Assembly: GCA_021295895.1 (NCBI GenBank)
Contig: JAGWBM010000029.1
Location: 25,857 to 89,856, forward strand
Reading direction: 5' to 3'
DNA length: 64,000 bases
Origin: Pseudomonadales bacterium
Lineage (GTDB): Bacteria; Pseudomonadota; Gammaproteobacteria; Pseudomonadales; Azotimanducaceae
Shown: positions 21,170 through 33,264 of the stretch, piece by piece
Numbering within the stretch: the stretch's first letter is position 1
Layout of the letters: the number at the start of each line of letters is the position of its first letter
Position numbers and translations under genes: made by a program
Notes under the pieces: generated by a model
The model's input: the letters and a program-made list of their open reading frames with translations, nothing else
The model's database searches: none
What the model was told of the DNA's origin: nothing

Positions 21170-22275
21170 CCGGTTCGTTCGAGTGCCCGGGCCAGCGCGG
21201 CGAGGAAACGTTCGTTTTCTTCGGGTAGCCCGACGGTCACCCGAAGGTGCTCGGGCATGCCGTAGTTGGCCACGGGGCGGACGATGACGCCGTCGTCGAG
21301 CAGCGCGTCGTAGACCTTCGCGGCGTCGTGTTCGGGACCGAGGCGCACGGTGACGAAGTTGCCGGCGGAGGGAATCCACTCGAGGGACAGCGCCGCGAAG
21401 CCCTCGGCAAGTCGCGCCATGCCTTCGCTGTTCAAGCGCCGGCTCTCGGCGACGTGTTCCGTATCCGAGAGCGCCGCCTCGGCGGCAACCAGCGCCAGGC
21501 TGTTGGCATTGAACGGCTGGCGGACCCGGTTCAGGAGGTCGGCGAACGCCGGCGAACTCACGCTGTAGCCGATGCGCAACGCCGCCAGGGCATGGATCTT
21601 GGAGAACGTCCGGGTGACGATCAGGTTCGGATGACGCTCGATGAGGCGGATGCCGTCGGGATAGCCGGATTCGGCGACGTATTCGGCGTAGGCCTCGTCC
21701 AACACCACCCACACTTCCCCGGGTACGGCGGCCAGGAAGGCGTCGAGGGTCGCCTCGTCGAACCAGGTCCCGGTCGGGTTGTTGGGGTTGGCCAGAAAGA
21801 CGATGCGGGTGCGTTCGTCGACGGCCGCGGCCAAGGCCTCGAGGTCGTGGCTCCACTCCCGTGACGGCACCCTCGTCACGTCGCCGTTGGCAGCCGTGAT
21901 GGCCAGGGGATAGACGACGAAGCAGTGCTCGTCGATGACACCCCGCGTCCCGGGCGAGACGGCGACGCGGGCCGCGAGGTCGAGAACGTCATTGGAACCG
22001 TTGCCGAGGGTGATGCGCGAGGTATCCACGCCGAGGTGCTCCGACAGGGCGGCCTTCAGGCGGAAACCGGTGCCGTCGGGGTACCGGGAGAGGTCCGCGT
22101 TGGCCAACGCCCTGAGAACGCGCGGTCCGGGTCCGCGGGGATTCTCGTTGCTCGCCAATTTCACGGCGTCGGCGACGCCGCGTTCGCGCATCAGTTCTTC
22201 GACGGGCTTGCCGGGTTGGTAGGGGCTTAGTCCGGTGATCCGGGCGTTGACGTTCGTTGGCAGGTTCAAGGGCAT
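21166..22275 (-). CDS. hisC: Histidinol-phosphate/aromatic aminotransferase (HisC family)
   Basis: ATG 22275 gives MPLNLPTNVNARITGLSPYQPGKPVEEL...KLASNENPRGP, 369 aa, class II aminotransferase. Confidence 0.9.
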   Translation of the reverse strand: MPLNLPTNVNARITGLSPYQPGKPVEELMRERGVADAVKLASNENPRGPGPRVLRALANADLSRYPDGTGFRLKAALSEHLGVDTSRITLGNGSNDVLDLAARVAVSPGTRGVIDEHCFVVYPLAITAANGDVTRVPSREWSHDLEALAAAVDERTRIVFLANPNNPTGTWFDEATLDAFLAAVPGEVWVVLDEAYAEYVAESGYPDGIRLIERHPNLIVTRTFSKIHALAALRIGYSVSSPAFADLLNRVRQPFNANSLALVAAEAALSDTEHVAESRRLNSEGMARLAEGFAALSLEWIPSAGNFVTVRLGPEHDAAKVYDALLDDGVIVRPVANYGMPEHLRVTVGLPEENERFLAALARALERTG

Positions 22276-22279
22276 CCCC

Positions 22280-22365
22280 GTAGGGGCGACCCAATCGCGC
22301 CCGCCACGGCGCGCGGTCGCCCGCCTTGTGGTCGCCGAGCCTTGTGGTCCCCCGCACGGCGCGAC
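22280..22365. repeat. Degenerate REP remnants
   Basis: GTAGGGGCGACCCAATCGCGCCCGCC followed by tandem GCCTTGTGGTC fragments, lying between hisC and pheA. Confidence 0.6.
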
Positions 22366-22459
22366 GACGTGGTGAGGCAGGCACCACACAAGGAGGAGCA
22401 ACGAAGTCCAGGGGCCAAGAACACCCGCAGATACCCGCAGATTTGGGCTTGACGGAGCA

Positions 22460-23563
22460 CTAGTCCAACGCGCGCGGGTAGGAACCGAGGTTCTTCACGC
22501 CGGTTGCGACTTCGTTCAGTTCGGCGAGCACTTCGCCGGTGGTGTCGTCGTCGCGATGCCCTTCGAAGTCGATGAAGAACACGTAGTCCCAGGAGGATGT
22601 CTGGGACGGCCGGGACTCGATTCGCGACAGGCTGATGTCGTGACGCTTGAACGGCGCGAGCACCTTGTAGAGGGCGCCCGGTTCGTTGCGCGTCGAAACG
22701 ATGATGGAGGTGCGGTCCCGTCCGGTCGGCTCGCCCTGCTGATTGCCGACCACGAAGAAACGGGTCTTGTTTCCCGGTTGGTCCTCGATGTTGGCGTGCA
22801 CCGTGTCAAGTCCGTAGCGGTCGGCGGCGGTTTCGCCGGCGATCGCTGCCACGCCGTCCGTTTCGGCAGCGATTCGCGCCGCCTCCGCATTGCTCGCGAC
22901 GGGTCGTCGGGACTGCGTGGGGTAGCGGAGGTCCAGCCAGTGCCGACATTGGGCGAGGGACTGCTCGTGGGAACAGATCTCGACGATCTTTTCGGGATCG
23001 CCATCGCGCCGAACGAGGAGGGCGTGATGGATGGGCAGTTCCACCTCCGCGCAGATGGTGAGCCTCGACGTCGTGAAGCAGTCAAGCGTGTGCTTCACCA
23101 TGCCGTCGGTGCTGTTCTCCACGGCGACCACCCCGTAGTGCGCTGCGCCGGACTCCACTTCGCGGAATACGTCGGCGACGGACGACAACGTCCGCATCTT
23201 CGCGAAGTGGCCGAACTGCTTGATCGCCGCCGCCTCGGTGTATGTGCCGGAGGGTCCGAGACAGGCGATGGTAAGCGGCTGTTCCAGCGACAGGCAGCAG
23301 GAGATGATCTCCCGGAACAGGCGTTCGATGTGGGCGTCCGGCAACGGCCCTTCGTTCTCTTCGCGAAGTCGGGCGAGGATCGCGGCCTCCCGTTCCGGGC
23401 GGTAGTAGGCCGGCGCGTTGGCATCCAGGCGGGTCTTCAGTCGGGCGATTCCCTCGGCACAGGCGGCGCGGTCGTTGAGCAGTGTCCGAAGTTGGCGGTC
23501 GATCGCGTCGATGCGATCACGCAGTTCGCGCAACTCCTTGCTCTCTGATTTCGCCGTGGTCAC
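22460..23563 (-). CDS. pheA: Bifunctional chorismate mutase / prephenate dehydratase (P-protein)
   Basis: GTG 23563 gives VTTAKSESKELRELRDRIDAIDRQL (CM domain), then the PDT and ACT domains. 367 aa. The rest of ORF 22460..24388 overlaps serC and is nonsense. Confidence 0.92.
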   Translation of the reverse strand: MTTAKSESKELRELRDRIDAIDRQLRTLLNDRAACAEGIARLKTRLDANAPAYYRPEREAAILARLREENEGPLPDAHIERLFREIISCCLSLEQPLTIACLGPSGTYTEAAAIKQFGHFAKMRTLSSVADVFREVESGAAHYGVVAVENSTDGMVKHTLDCFTTSRLTICAEVELPIHHALLVRRDGDPEKIVEICSHEQSLAQCRHWLDLRYPTQSRRPVASNAEAARIAAETDGVAAIAGETAADRYGLDTVHANIEDQPGNKTRFFVVGNQQGEPTGRDRTSIIVSTRNEPGALYKVLAPFKRHDISLSRIESRPSQTSSWDYVFFIDFEGHRDDDTTGEVLAELNEVATGVKNLGSYPRALD

Positions 23564-23568
23564 CCGAT

Positions 23569-24645
23569 CTACCCGTGCTCGGCTTCGAAACTCGCCATGT
23601 AGTCGACGAGGGCGTCGACCGCCTTCTCGCTGACGGCATTGTAGAGACTTGCACGCATGCCCCCAACGCTGCGATGACCCTTCAGGTTGAGCAGGCGCCT
23701 TTTCTCTGCGCCGGCGAGGAACGCCGCGTCGAGGGCCGTATCGGCGAGGGTAAACGGTACGTTCATGATTGATCGGTCGCGCCGGGCGACGGGTGCGCGG
23801 TAGAAGTTGCTGGCGTCGATGGCGGCGTAGAGCTTTTCCGCCTTGCGTCGGTTGACTTCCGCCATCTTGGACACGCCGCCCGCGGTCTTGAGCCACCGCA
23901 GCACGAGAGCGGCCAGATAGATCGCAAACGTCGGCGGGGTGTTGAACATCGAACCGTGCTCGGCTTGGATGCCGTAGTCGAGCGGACGCGGCGTTCCCGG
24001 ACGGGATCGCCCGGCGAGATCCTTGCGCACGATGACCACGGCGAACCCGGCGGGCCCGATGTTCTTTTGGGCACCGGCGTAGATGAGGCCGAACCGGGTC
24101 ACGTCGATGGGTCGCGACAGCAGTTCCGAGGACATGTCCGCGACGAGTGGCGAAGGCGTATCGGGGAAGTCGTGGAACTGCACGCCGCCGATGGTCTCGT
24201 TGGAGACGATGTGGCAATAGGCGGCGTCCGGTGTCAGCCGCCAGGACGGCCGCGCGGGAATGTGATCGAAGTCCGTCGCCTCGGCAGTGGCCGCCACGTT
24301 GACCGTCGCCAGACGTTCGGCTTCGGCGATGGCCTTGGTGCCCCAGGAGCCGGTGTGAATGTAGTCGACCGTGTCTCGGGGGCCGCACAGGTTGAACGGT
24401 ATGGCCGCAAATTGCATCGACGCGCCGCCCTGCAGGAAGAGCACGTGGTAGTCGTCGTCGATGCCGAGCAGTTCTCGCAGATCCGCTTCCGCGCCCTCCG
24501 CGATCTCCATGAACTCCTTGGACCGGTGGCTCATCTCCATCACCGAGAGGCCCTTGCCCTGGTAGTCCAGAAGCTCGTCCCGGGCCTGTTCGAGCACACT
24601 GTCGGGCAATGCCGCCGGTCCCGGCGAAAAGTTGAACGCGCGCAT
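23569..24645 (-). CDS. serC: Phosphoserine aminotransferase
   Basis: 358 aa, MRAFNFSPGPAALPDSVLEQA...GLSVMEMSHRSKEF, a typical SerC. Confidence 0.95.
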   Translation of the reverse strand: MRAFNFSPGPAALPDSVLEQARDELLDYQGKGLSVMEMSHRSKEFMEIAEGAEADLRELLGIDDDYHVLFLQGGASMQFAAIPFNLCGPRDTVDYIHTGSWGTKAIAEAERLATVNVAATAEATDFDHIPARPSWRLTPDAAYCHIVSNETIGGVQFHDFPDTPSPLVADMSSELLSRPIDVTRFGLIYAGAQKNIGPAGFAVVIVRKDLAGRSRPGTPRPLDYGIQAEHGSMFNTPPTFAIYLAALVLRWLKTAGGVSKMAEVNRRKAEKLYAAIDASNFYRAPVARRDRSIMNVPFTLADTALDAAFLAGAEKRRLLNLKGHRSVGGMRASLYNAVSEKAVDALVDYMASFEAEHG

Positions 24646-24650
24646 ACGGG

Positions 24651-27347
<2,697 letters not shown>

Positions 27348-27405
27348 GGCTTTGAGCGCGCGCGGGGTTAAACCGCCAATTCTACCACGCCCGTATAATC
27401 AACCG

Positions 27406-28761
27406 ATGCCTGAACCTTCCTCTAATCCGTTATTCCCGCAGGGGTCCGAAGCCGCCGATCTGGTTATTTCGCCGCGTCTTCTACTGCCCGTCGCACCGCG
27501 CAACGAGGCCTTGGAAGGCTTAAGCGTCGCCTTTCGCGGCGGTTCGATCACCGCACTCGGACATCGCGACGAAGTCCTCGCCGAACACCCAAACACGCCG
27601 CACCTCGAACTCGGCCACCACGCGCTCCTGCCCGGCCTCGTGAACGCGCACGGCCACCTGGCGATGTCCCTGCTGCGCGGCCTCGGGGAATCCGAATCCC
27701 TCACCGATTGGCTGAACAACACCATCTGGCCGCTGGAAGCGCGGTGGATGGACGAGGGCTTCGTGCGAGACGGTACCCGACTCGCCGTTGCGGAGATGGT
27801 GGCCACGGGCACGACGACCGCCTCGGACATGTACTACTTCCCGGAGACGGCGGCCTTGGCCTGTCGCGACGCCGGCTTCCGACTCCAGGCGGCGTTCCCG
27901 CTCATCGAGATTCCCAACGCCTATTCGTCGGACTTCGACGAATGCCTCGCCAAGGGGCTCGCGCTCCGCGACCGGTTTCGCGATGACGGCCTGATCACCA
28001 CCTGTTTCGGCCCTCATTCCGCCTACACCGTCGACCCGAAACGGCTGCGCCGAGTCGCGGTCCTGGCGGACGAAGTCGATGCGGACGTGCACATCCACCT
28101 CCACGAGACCGAAGCGGAGGTTGCCGGTGCCCGCGACGCCCAAGGTGGCACCTGGATCCGGATCCTGGACGAGATCGGCCTCTTGACCGAGCGTCTTCAG
28201 GCCGTCCACATGACCGCCGTCACCGACGCCGAGATCGACCTCGTGTCCGAGCGCGGCGTGCGGGTCGTACATTGCCCCCACTCCAACATGAAACTGGCGA
28301 GCGGCATCTGCCCCGTGACCAAGTTCCGCGCCGCAGGCGCCACCGTCGGCCTCGGCACCGACGGCGCGGCTTCGAACAACGGCCTCGACATGTTCGCCGA
28401 AGCGCGCCTCGCGGCACTTCTCGCCAAGAGCGGGGATGCCGACCCGACCGTGCTGCCCGCCGCCGACATCATCGCCATGGCGACCTTGGGCGGTGCCCGC
28501 GCGATCGGCTTGGACGAACAAATCGGCTCCATCGAGGCGGGCAAGCGCGCCGACCTGGTCGCCGTCGACCTCAACCACCCAGCCATGCAACCGGTCAACG
28601 ACCCGCACGCCGCTCTCGTGCACTCGGATGCCGGTGCACGCGTCACGCACACCTTCATCGACGGGCAATGCGTCTACGAGAACGGCGTATGGAAAACGCT
28701 CGACATCGACGAGGTTCTCGCCAATGCCGTGTCTTGGCGTACGAGGTTAAACGGGGACTGA
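27406..28761 (+). CDS. mtaD: TRZ/ATZ-family amidohydrolase, probably 5-methylthioadenosine/S-adenosylhomocysteine deaminase
   Basis: ATG 27406 gives 451 aa. LPGLVNAHGHLAMS metal motif, HLHET and GTDGAASNN motifs. Conserved pairing with ubiG. Confidence 0.8.
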   Translation: MPEPSSNPLFPQGSEAADLVISPRLLLPVAPRNEALEGLSVAFRGGSITALGHRDEVLAEHPNTPHLELGHHALLPGLVNAHGHLAMSLLRGLGESESLTDWLNNTIWPLEARWMDEGFVRDGTRLAVAEMVATGTTTASDMYYFPETAALACRDAGFRLQAAFPLIEIPNAYSSDFDECLAKGLALRDRFRDDGLITTCFGPHSAYTVDPKRLRRVAVLADEVDADVHIHLHETEAEVAGARDAQGGTWIRILDEIGLLTERLQAVHMTAVTDAEIDLVSERGVRVVHCPHSNMKLASGICPVTKFRAAGATVGLGTDGAASNNGLDMFAEARLAALLAKSGDADPTVLPAADIIAMATLGGARAIGLDEQIGSIEAGKRADLVAVDLNHPAMQPVNDPHAALVHSDAGARVTHTFIDGQCVYENGVWKTLDIDEVLANAVSWRTRLNGD

Positions 28762-28784
28762 GACGATCCTGTCGGTGTGGAGCT

Positions 28785-28990
28785 TCAGTTGGGGGCTGCC
28801 CCGGCGAGTTCCCCGTCGATCACGTCGCCCTTCGTGGTCTCCACCACCGAGATGTCGAACTGCGTCTGTAGGTTCATCCACAAGGCCGCACCCGTGCCGA
28901 AGTAGCGGCCTAGGCGGACGGCGGTCTCGGCCGTAACGGCGCGTCTCCCGCGAATTACGGCGGTTATCCGGTCAAAGGGCGGGCAACGAC
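28785..28990 (-). pseudogene. Relic of a HigA-family (XRE HTH) antitoxin gene; N-terminal third and start codon missing
   Basis: Frame of ORF 28785..29132 reads ...PPFDRITAVIRGRRAVTAETAVRLGRYFGTGAALWMNLQTQFDISVVE, the HigA helix 3-5 signature. No in-frame start codon before it, no toxin gene alongside, and it fills the mtaD-ubiG spacer. Confidence 0.6.
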
Positions 28991-29034
28991 CAGTGGTATC
29001 GTGGCAGACGAGGACGTCACACGGTCCATGGAAA

Positions 29035-29739
29035 ATGATCAACGCCGACGCGGATGAGATCGCCAAGTTCGAGGCGCTGGCGCATCGCTGGTGGGATACG
29101 GACGGCGACTTCAAGCCGCTGCACGACATCAACGGTCCGCGCTTGGCCTACATGAAGCAGCGTGCGGATGTCGTGTTCGAGGAGTCCCGGGTGCTGGATG
29201 TCGGCTGCGGAGGAGGACTGGTGACCGAGGCGTTCGCGGATCTCGGCGCCGACGTGACAGGCATCGATGCGGGTGAAGCGCCGTTGGCGGTGGCCCGGCT
29301 GCATGCTGCCGAGCGTGGTCTGGAGGGCATCGAATACGTCCGGGCGACGGCGGAGACCTTCCTCGAGACGCAACCCGGGGAGTACGACCTCGTGGCGTGC
29401 CTCGAGACGCTCGAACACGTGCCGGACATCGATTCAACCGTACAAGCGTTGGCGGGGCTCGCCACGCCGGGCGGCGATGTCTTCCTCGCCACCATCAACC
29501 GGACGCCCAAGGCGTTCGCCTTGGCCATCGTCGGGGCCGAGTACGCTCTCAACATTCTCCCCAAGGGTACCCACCGCTACGAGAAACTGATTCGCCCGTC
29601 GGAGTTGGCCCGGGCTTGCCGGGATGCCGGGTTGGCGGTGTTGGACATCACCGGGGTTTCGTACAACCCGTTCACGCGCCGTTGCCGATTCGTCAACGAC
29701 GTGGGCGTCAACTACATGCTGCATGCCCGGAAAAGCTGA
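29035..29739 (+). CDS. ubiG: Ubiquinone biosynthesis O-methyltransferase UbiG
   Basis: ATG 29035 gives MINADADEIAKFEALAHRWWDTDGDFKPLHDIN..., with the SAM motif VLDVGCGGG. Confidence 0.92.
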   Translation: MINADADEIAKFEALAHRWWDTDGDFKPLHDINGPRLAYMKQRADVVFEESRVLDVGCGGGLVTEAFADLGADVTGIDAGEAPLAVARLHAAERGLEGIEYVRATAETFLETQPGEYDLVACLETLEHVPDIDSTVQALAGLATPGGDVFLATINRTPKAFALAIVGAEYALNILPKGTHRYEKLIRPSELARACRDAGLAVLDITGVSYNPFTRRCRFVNDVGVNYMLHARKS

Positions 29740-30496
29740 CCGGGCGTACCACCCGCGCGTCGATCTTCTCGCCGGCCGGGTCGTCCTGGTAACGGGTGCC
29801 GGCGATGGCATCGGTCGTGTCGCGGCCCTGGCTTACGCCGAGCACGGTGCCCATGTGGTGCTGTTGGGTCGAACGGAAAGCAAGCTCGAGGCCGTGTTCG
29901 ACCTCATCGAGGCCAATACCGAGACGCGTCCCGTGGTGGTGCCCGCCGACCTCGAACACGCGAGCGAAGACGCGGCGACGGCTCTCTACCACGCCATACG
30001 TCGCGAATACGGGCGATTGGACGGCATTCTCCACAACGCCGGGCTATTGGGTCCGCGTGCCCCCATCGCGGAGTACCCCGTCTCGGACTGGCTCGAGGTC
30101 ATGCACGTCAATGTAAACGCCGCGTTCATCGTCACCCGAGCCCTGATGCCGTTGCTTGGGGAGTCCGCCGATGCGTCGGTGGTGTTCACCTCCTCCGGCG
30201 TCGGTCGCCGCGGACGGGCCGAATGGGGCGCCTACGCGGTCTCGAAGTTCGCGCTCGAAGGACTCACGGAGGTACTCGCCGACGAGACGGCGGGCGCGGG
30301 CCGCATTCGGATCAATTCGTTGAACCCGGGAGCGACGAGAACCGCGATGCGCGCAGCCGCCTACCCCGACGAAGACCCCGGGACCCTGCCGCCCCCGGAG
30401 GACCACATGGGACTCTACCTCTACCTGATGGGCCCTGATTCGAAGGGCGTCACCGGCGGACGTTTCGACGCGGCTTCCTGGGCAGGACCGCCCTGA
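29723..30496 (+). CDS. yciK: YciK-family short-chain dehydrogenase/reductase
   Basis: ATG 29723 (17-nt overlap with ubiG). LLAGRVVLVTGAGDGIGR, LDGILHNAGLLG, YAVSKFALEGL. Colinear with E. coli YciK. Confidence 0.85.
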   Translation: MPGKADRAYHPRVDLLAGRVVLVTGAGDGIGRVAALAYAEHGAHVVLLGRTESKLEAVFDLIEANTETRPVVVPADLEHASEDAATALYHAIRREYGRLDGILHNAGLLGPRAPIAEYPVSDWLEVMHVNVNAAFIVTRALMPLLGESADASVVFTSSGVGRRGRAEWGAYAVSKFALEGLTEVLADETAGAGRIRINSLNPGATRTAMRAAAYPDEDPGTLPPPEDHMGLYLYLMGPDSKGVTGGRFDAASWAGPP

Positions 30497-30651
30497 TCGG
30501 GTAGCGGTTGGACTCGGATCGCCCTGGGTGTAAGCCGAGACTCACGCAACATTCAGCCGTTTCCTACAGACTCCGCGAGGTGCCATCCGCGAGCATCGCC
30601 CTATGCTACGGTTTCGACTCGAAGGAGTTCGCCAATGGCCGAAGCCGCCTT

Positions 30652-30720
30652 GGGCGAACCCTTGTGGTCGCCCCCATGGGATCGGTTCGCCAACACGGGA
30701 CGGGACGAGCCCGTCCCTAC
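30652..30720. repeat. REP pair (reversed type A + type B)
   Basis: GGGCGAACCCTTGTGGTCGCCCCC at 30652-30675. GGGACGGGACGAGCCCGTCCCTAC at 30697-30720, overlapping the last codons of rluB. Confidence 0.8.
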
Positions 30721-31544
30721 GGGCCGTTGTTCTTCGTGACTGTTTCGTTCGCTAAGCTGGGATAGGCAATCAGCATCGTCCGCGACGGTTGTTTCCGTCC
30801 TTTGCGCTTGTCCGGTGGCATGCCGACGATCGATCGCAACTGCGCGACGTCGTCGTCCCCCATTTCTTCCCAGGCACCCCTCGGCAGCCACGCTGGGAGA
30901 ATCACCGGGCCATAACGGACGCGCTTCAACCGGCTGACCGTGACTCCCTGGCTTGCAAAGAGCTCGCGGACCTCGCGGTTGCGACCCTCCATCAACACCA
31001 CGTGGTACCAGTGGTTCGTCCCCGACCCGTCGTAGTAGCGAATGTCGCTGAACGATTCGATGTGGCCGTTCACCTCGACACCCGCCTTTAGACGCCCGAG
31101 TGCCTCGTCGTCGAGCAGACCCGCAACGCGCACCGCGTATTCCCGGTCGATGCCGGTGCTCGGGTGGCTCAGGCGATGTGCCAGATCGCCGTCGTTGGTG
31201 AATAGCAGAAGCCCCGTGGTCTGGAGATCCAGGCGACCGACGGATATCCAGCGACCGGTCCTCGGCTGCGGAAGGTCGTCGAACACGGATGGTCGACCTT
31301 CCGGGTCGCGGCGGGAGACGATGACGCCGGCGCGCTTGTTGAGGACGATGACGCGAGACGTGGCGGCGGACGCCTTGGCCACCTTGCGCCCATCCGCAAC
31401 GATGTCGTCGGTGGCGTCCACGCGCGCGCCGATCTGGGCGACTCGCCCGTTGACGGTTACCCGGCCGGCGGCTATCCACCGCTCCATCTCACGACGGGAG
31501 CCGAAGCCGCGGTCGGCAAGAGCTTTTTGGAGTTTCTTCGTCAT
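30717..31544 (-). CDS. rluB: 23S rRNA pseudouridine synthase RluB
   Basis: 275 aa. S4 domain (LQKALADRGFGSRREMERWI), then the RsuA/RluB catalytic motif GRLDLQTTGLLLFTNDG. Confidence 0.9.
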   Translation of the reverse strand: MTKKLQKALADRGFGSRREMERWIAAGRVTVNGRVAQIGARVDATDDIVADGRKVAKASAATSRVIVLNKRAGVIVSRRDPEGRPSVFDDLPQPRTGRWISVGRLDLQTTGLLLFTNDGDLAHRLSHPSTGIDREYAVRVAGLLDDEALGRLKAGVEVNGHIESFSDIRYYDGSGTNHWYHVVLMEGRNREVRELFASQGVTVSRLKRVRYGPVILPAWLPRGAWEEMGDDDVAQLRSIVGMPPDKRKGRKQPSRTMLIAYPSLANETVTKNNGP

Positions 31545-31615
31545 GGATCGAGAGCCCTCAGCCGGGGAGCGCCAGGACTTGCCTCTCGCAAGAAGAGCCG
31601 GCGGACGGACGCTTG

Positions 31616-32314
31616 TCAGCGGTCAGGCGGATCGGCCGGTCGGGGCATCTGGATGATCTCGGCCATTCGCCGCGGCGGCGTTGCTTCGCCCTGTTCCTCA
31701 ACCGGACCCTGCTCCTCGACGGGGGCCTCCTCCTCGGCGGGTTCTTCCGATGCTGTGGCGTCGTCGAGGACCGGTTTCATCAGGGACTCGATCTCGTCCA
31801 TCGGCGGCAGGTCGTCGAGGCTTTTTAGATTGAAGTAGTCGAGGAAGGCGCGGGTCGTCCCGTACAGTGCCGGTCGTCCCGGCGTCTCGCGTTCACCGAC
31901 GATGCGGACCCAGCCACGTTCTAAGAGTGTGCGCATGATGGACTGGCTTACTGACACGCCGCGGATGTCCTCGATGTCGCCCCGGGTCACCGGCTGTCGG
32001 TAGACGATCAATGCCAACGTCTCGAACAGCGCCCGCGAGTACCGCGGCGGGCGTTCTTCGAACAGGCGACTGACCCAGGGGCTGAATTGCTGCCGTACCT
32101 GGAATCGAAAGCCGCTCGCCACGCGGACTAGCTCGAATCCGCGGTGGCTGGTGGCCTCGCCGATCGCGTCGAGAGCCGCCCGAAGTGCGCCGCGGGGATT
32201 CTCATCCGGCAGTTCGCCGGGGGCGAACAGCTTGATCAGCCGGTCCATGCTCACCGGCTCGTCCGCCGCCAGCAGGGTTGCTTCGACGATGCGCTCGATC
32301 TGATCGGCCTCCAT
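31616..32314 (-). CDS. scpB: Segregation and condensation protein B (ScpB)
   Basis: ATG 32314 shares one nt with the scpA stop. MEADQIERIVEATLLAADEPVS..., ETLALIVYRQPVTRGDIEDIRGV, and an acidic C-terminal tail. Confidence 0.88.
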   Translation of the reverse strand: MEADQIERIVEATLLAADEPVSMDRLIKLFAPGELPDENPRGALRAALDAIGEATSHRGFELVRVASGFRFQVRQQFSPWVSRLFEERPPRYSRALFETLALIVYRQPVTRGDIEDIRGVSVSQSIMRTLLERGWVRIVGERETPGRPALYGTTRAFLDYFNLKSLDDLPPMDEIESLMKPVLDDATASEEPAEEEAPVEEQGPVEEQGEATPPRRMAEIIQMPRPADPPDR

Positions 32315-33264
32315 CACGCGTCCCCCCCGGTTTCGGCGCCGGTCTCCACCAGATCCTGCGTCGGCTCGGCTTGCGGGGCGCAAACGAAGATGGGTCCAAA
32401 GGGCTCGCTCTGCACCAGATCGATCAACGCATCGCGGAGCAATTCCATGAGCGCGAGGAAGGTCACCACGACGCCGCTGCGGCCCTCGTCCAGGTCGAAC
32501 AGGGAGGCGAAGGGCACCAGGGCGGCTTGACCGTTGACGCGAGCCAGCACGTCGGTCATGCGTTCACGCACCGACAATCCCTCCCGTGGGATCGTGTGGC
32601 GCTTCTGCAACTCGGCGCGTTTGAGTACGTCCGCAAGGGCCACCAGCACCTCTTTCAGGCCGACGCTGGGATGCGCGTGACGCTTCACCGGTTCCGGCTT
32701 CACGGCGTGGGCGGTGTGCAGGTCGCGTTCGAGCCTCGGCAGTTCGTCCAGCCGACCTGCCGCCTCCTTGACGCGCTCGTAGTCTCTCAAGCGTCGAATG
32801 AGCGTCTCGCGGGGATCCTCCTCGTCCTCGTCCTCTTCCCCCGGTTGCTGCAGGAGCATGCGCGATTTGATCTCCGCGAGTGTCGCCGCCATCACCAGGT
32901 ACTCGCCGGCCAATTCGAGCTTCAGCACCTTCATCAATTCGATGTGGCGCATGTACTGTTCGGTGATTTCGGACACCCGGATGTCCAGGATGTCGATGTT
33001 CTGGCGACGGATCAGGTACAGCAACAGGTCCATGGGTCCTTCGAAAGCCTCGAGGAAAACTTCGAGGGCGTCCGGCGGGACGTAGAGGTCGGTCGGCAGG
33101 TCGCGGTACACCTTGCCCCTGACCAGGGCAACGATCTTGTCGTCGCGTTGTTTCGCGTCGTGCAGGCGGTTCGAGCCTCGTTCGAGCGGATCGCCCTCGG
33201 GTCCGGCGTCGCCGGTCCCACCGGGGCCGGGCCGTCGGACGTTGTCGTCGTCCGAGGTGGTCAT
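32314..33264 (-). CDS. scpA: Segregation and condensation protein A (ScpA)
   Basis: 316 aa. FEGPMDLLLYLIRRQNIDILDIRVSEITEQY is the kleisin N-terminal motif. Confidence 0.9.
   Translation of the reverse strand: MTTSDDDNVRRPGPGGTGDAGPEGDPLERGSNRLHDAKQRDDKIVALVRGKVYRDLPTDLYVPPDALEVFLEAFEGPMDLLLYLIRRQNIDILDIRVSEITEQYMRHIELMKVLKLELAGEYLVMAATLAEIKSRMLLQQPGEEDEDEEDPRETLIRRLRDYERVKEAAGRLDELPRLERDLHTAHAVKPEPVKRHAHPSVGLKEVLVALADVLKRAELQKRHTIPREGLSVRERMTDVLARVNGQAALVPFASLFDLDEGRSGVVVTFLALMELLRDALIDLVQSEPFGPIFVCAPQAEPTQDLVETGAETGGDA

Noticed and set aside
28762-29034. An intact toxin-antitoxin pair (higBA) between mtaD and ubiG
   Set aside because: Only a start-less antitoxin fragment is present, and no toxin-like ORF fits in the remaining about 70 bp on either side.
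30508-30765. 85-aa ORF in the yciK-rluB spacer. Other ORFs also contain GRDKPVPYG or GATLAVAR peptides.
   Set aside because: These peptides are simply REP hairpins read in frame, and the ORFs have no start context or homology. Only the 58353..58619 case is reported, because of its double stop/start overlap.
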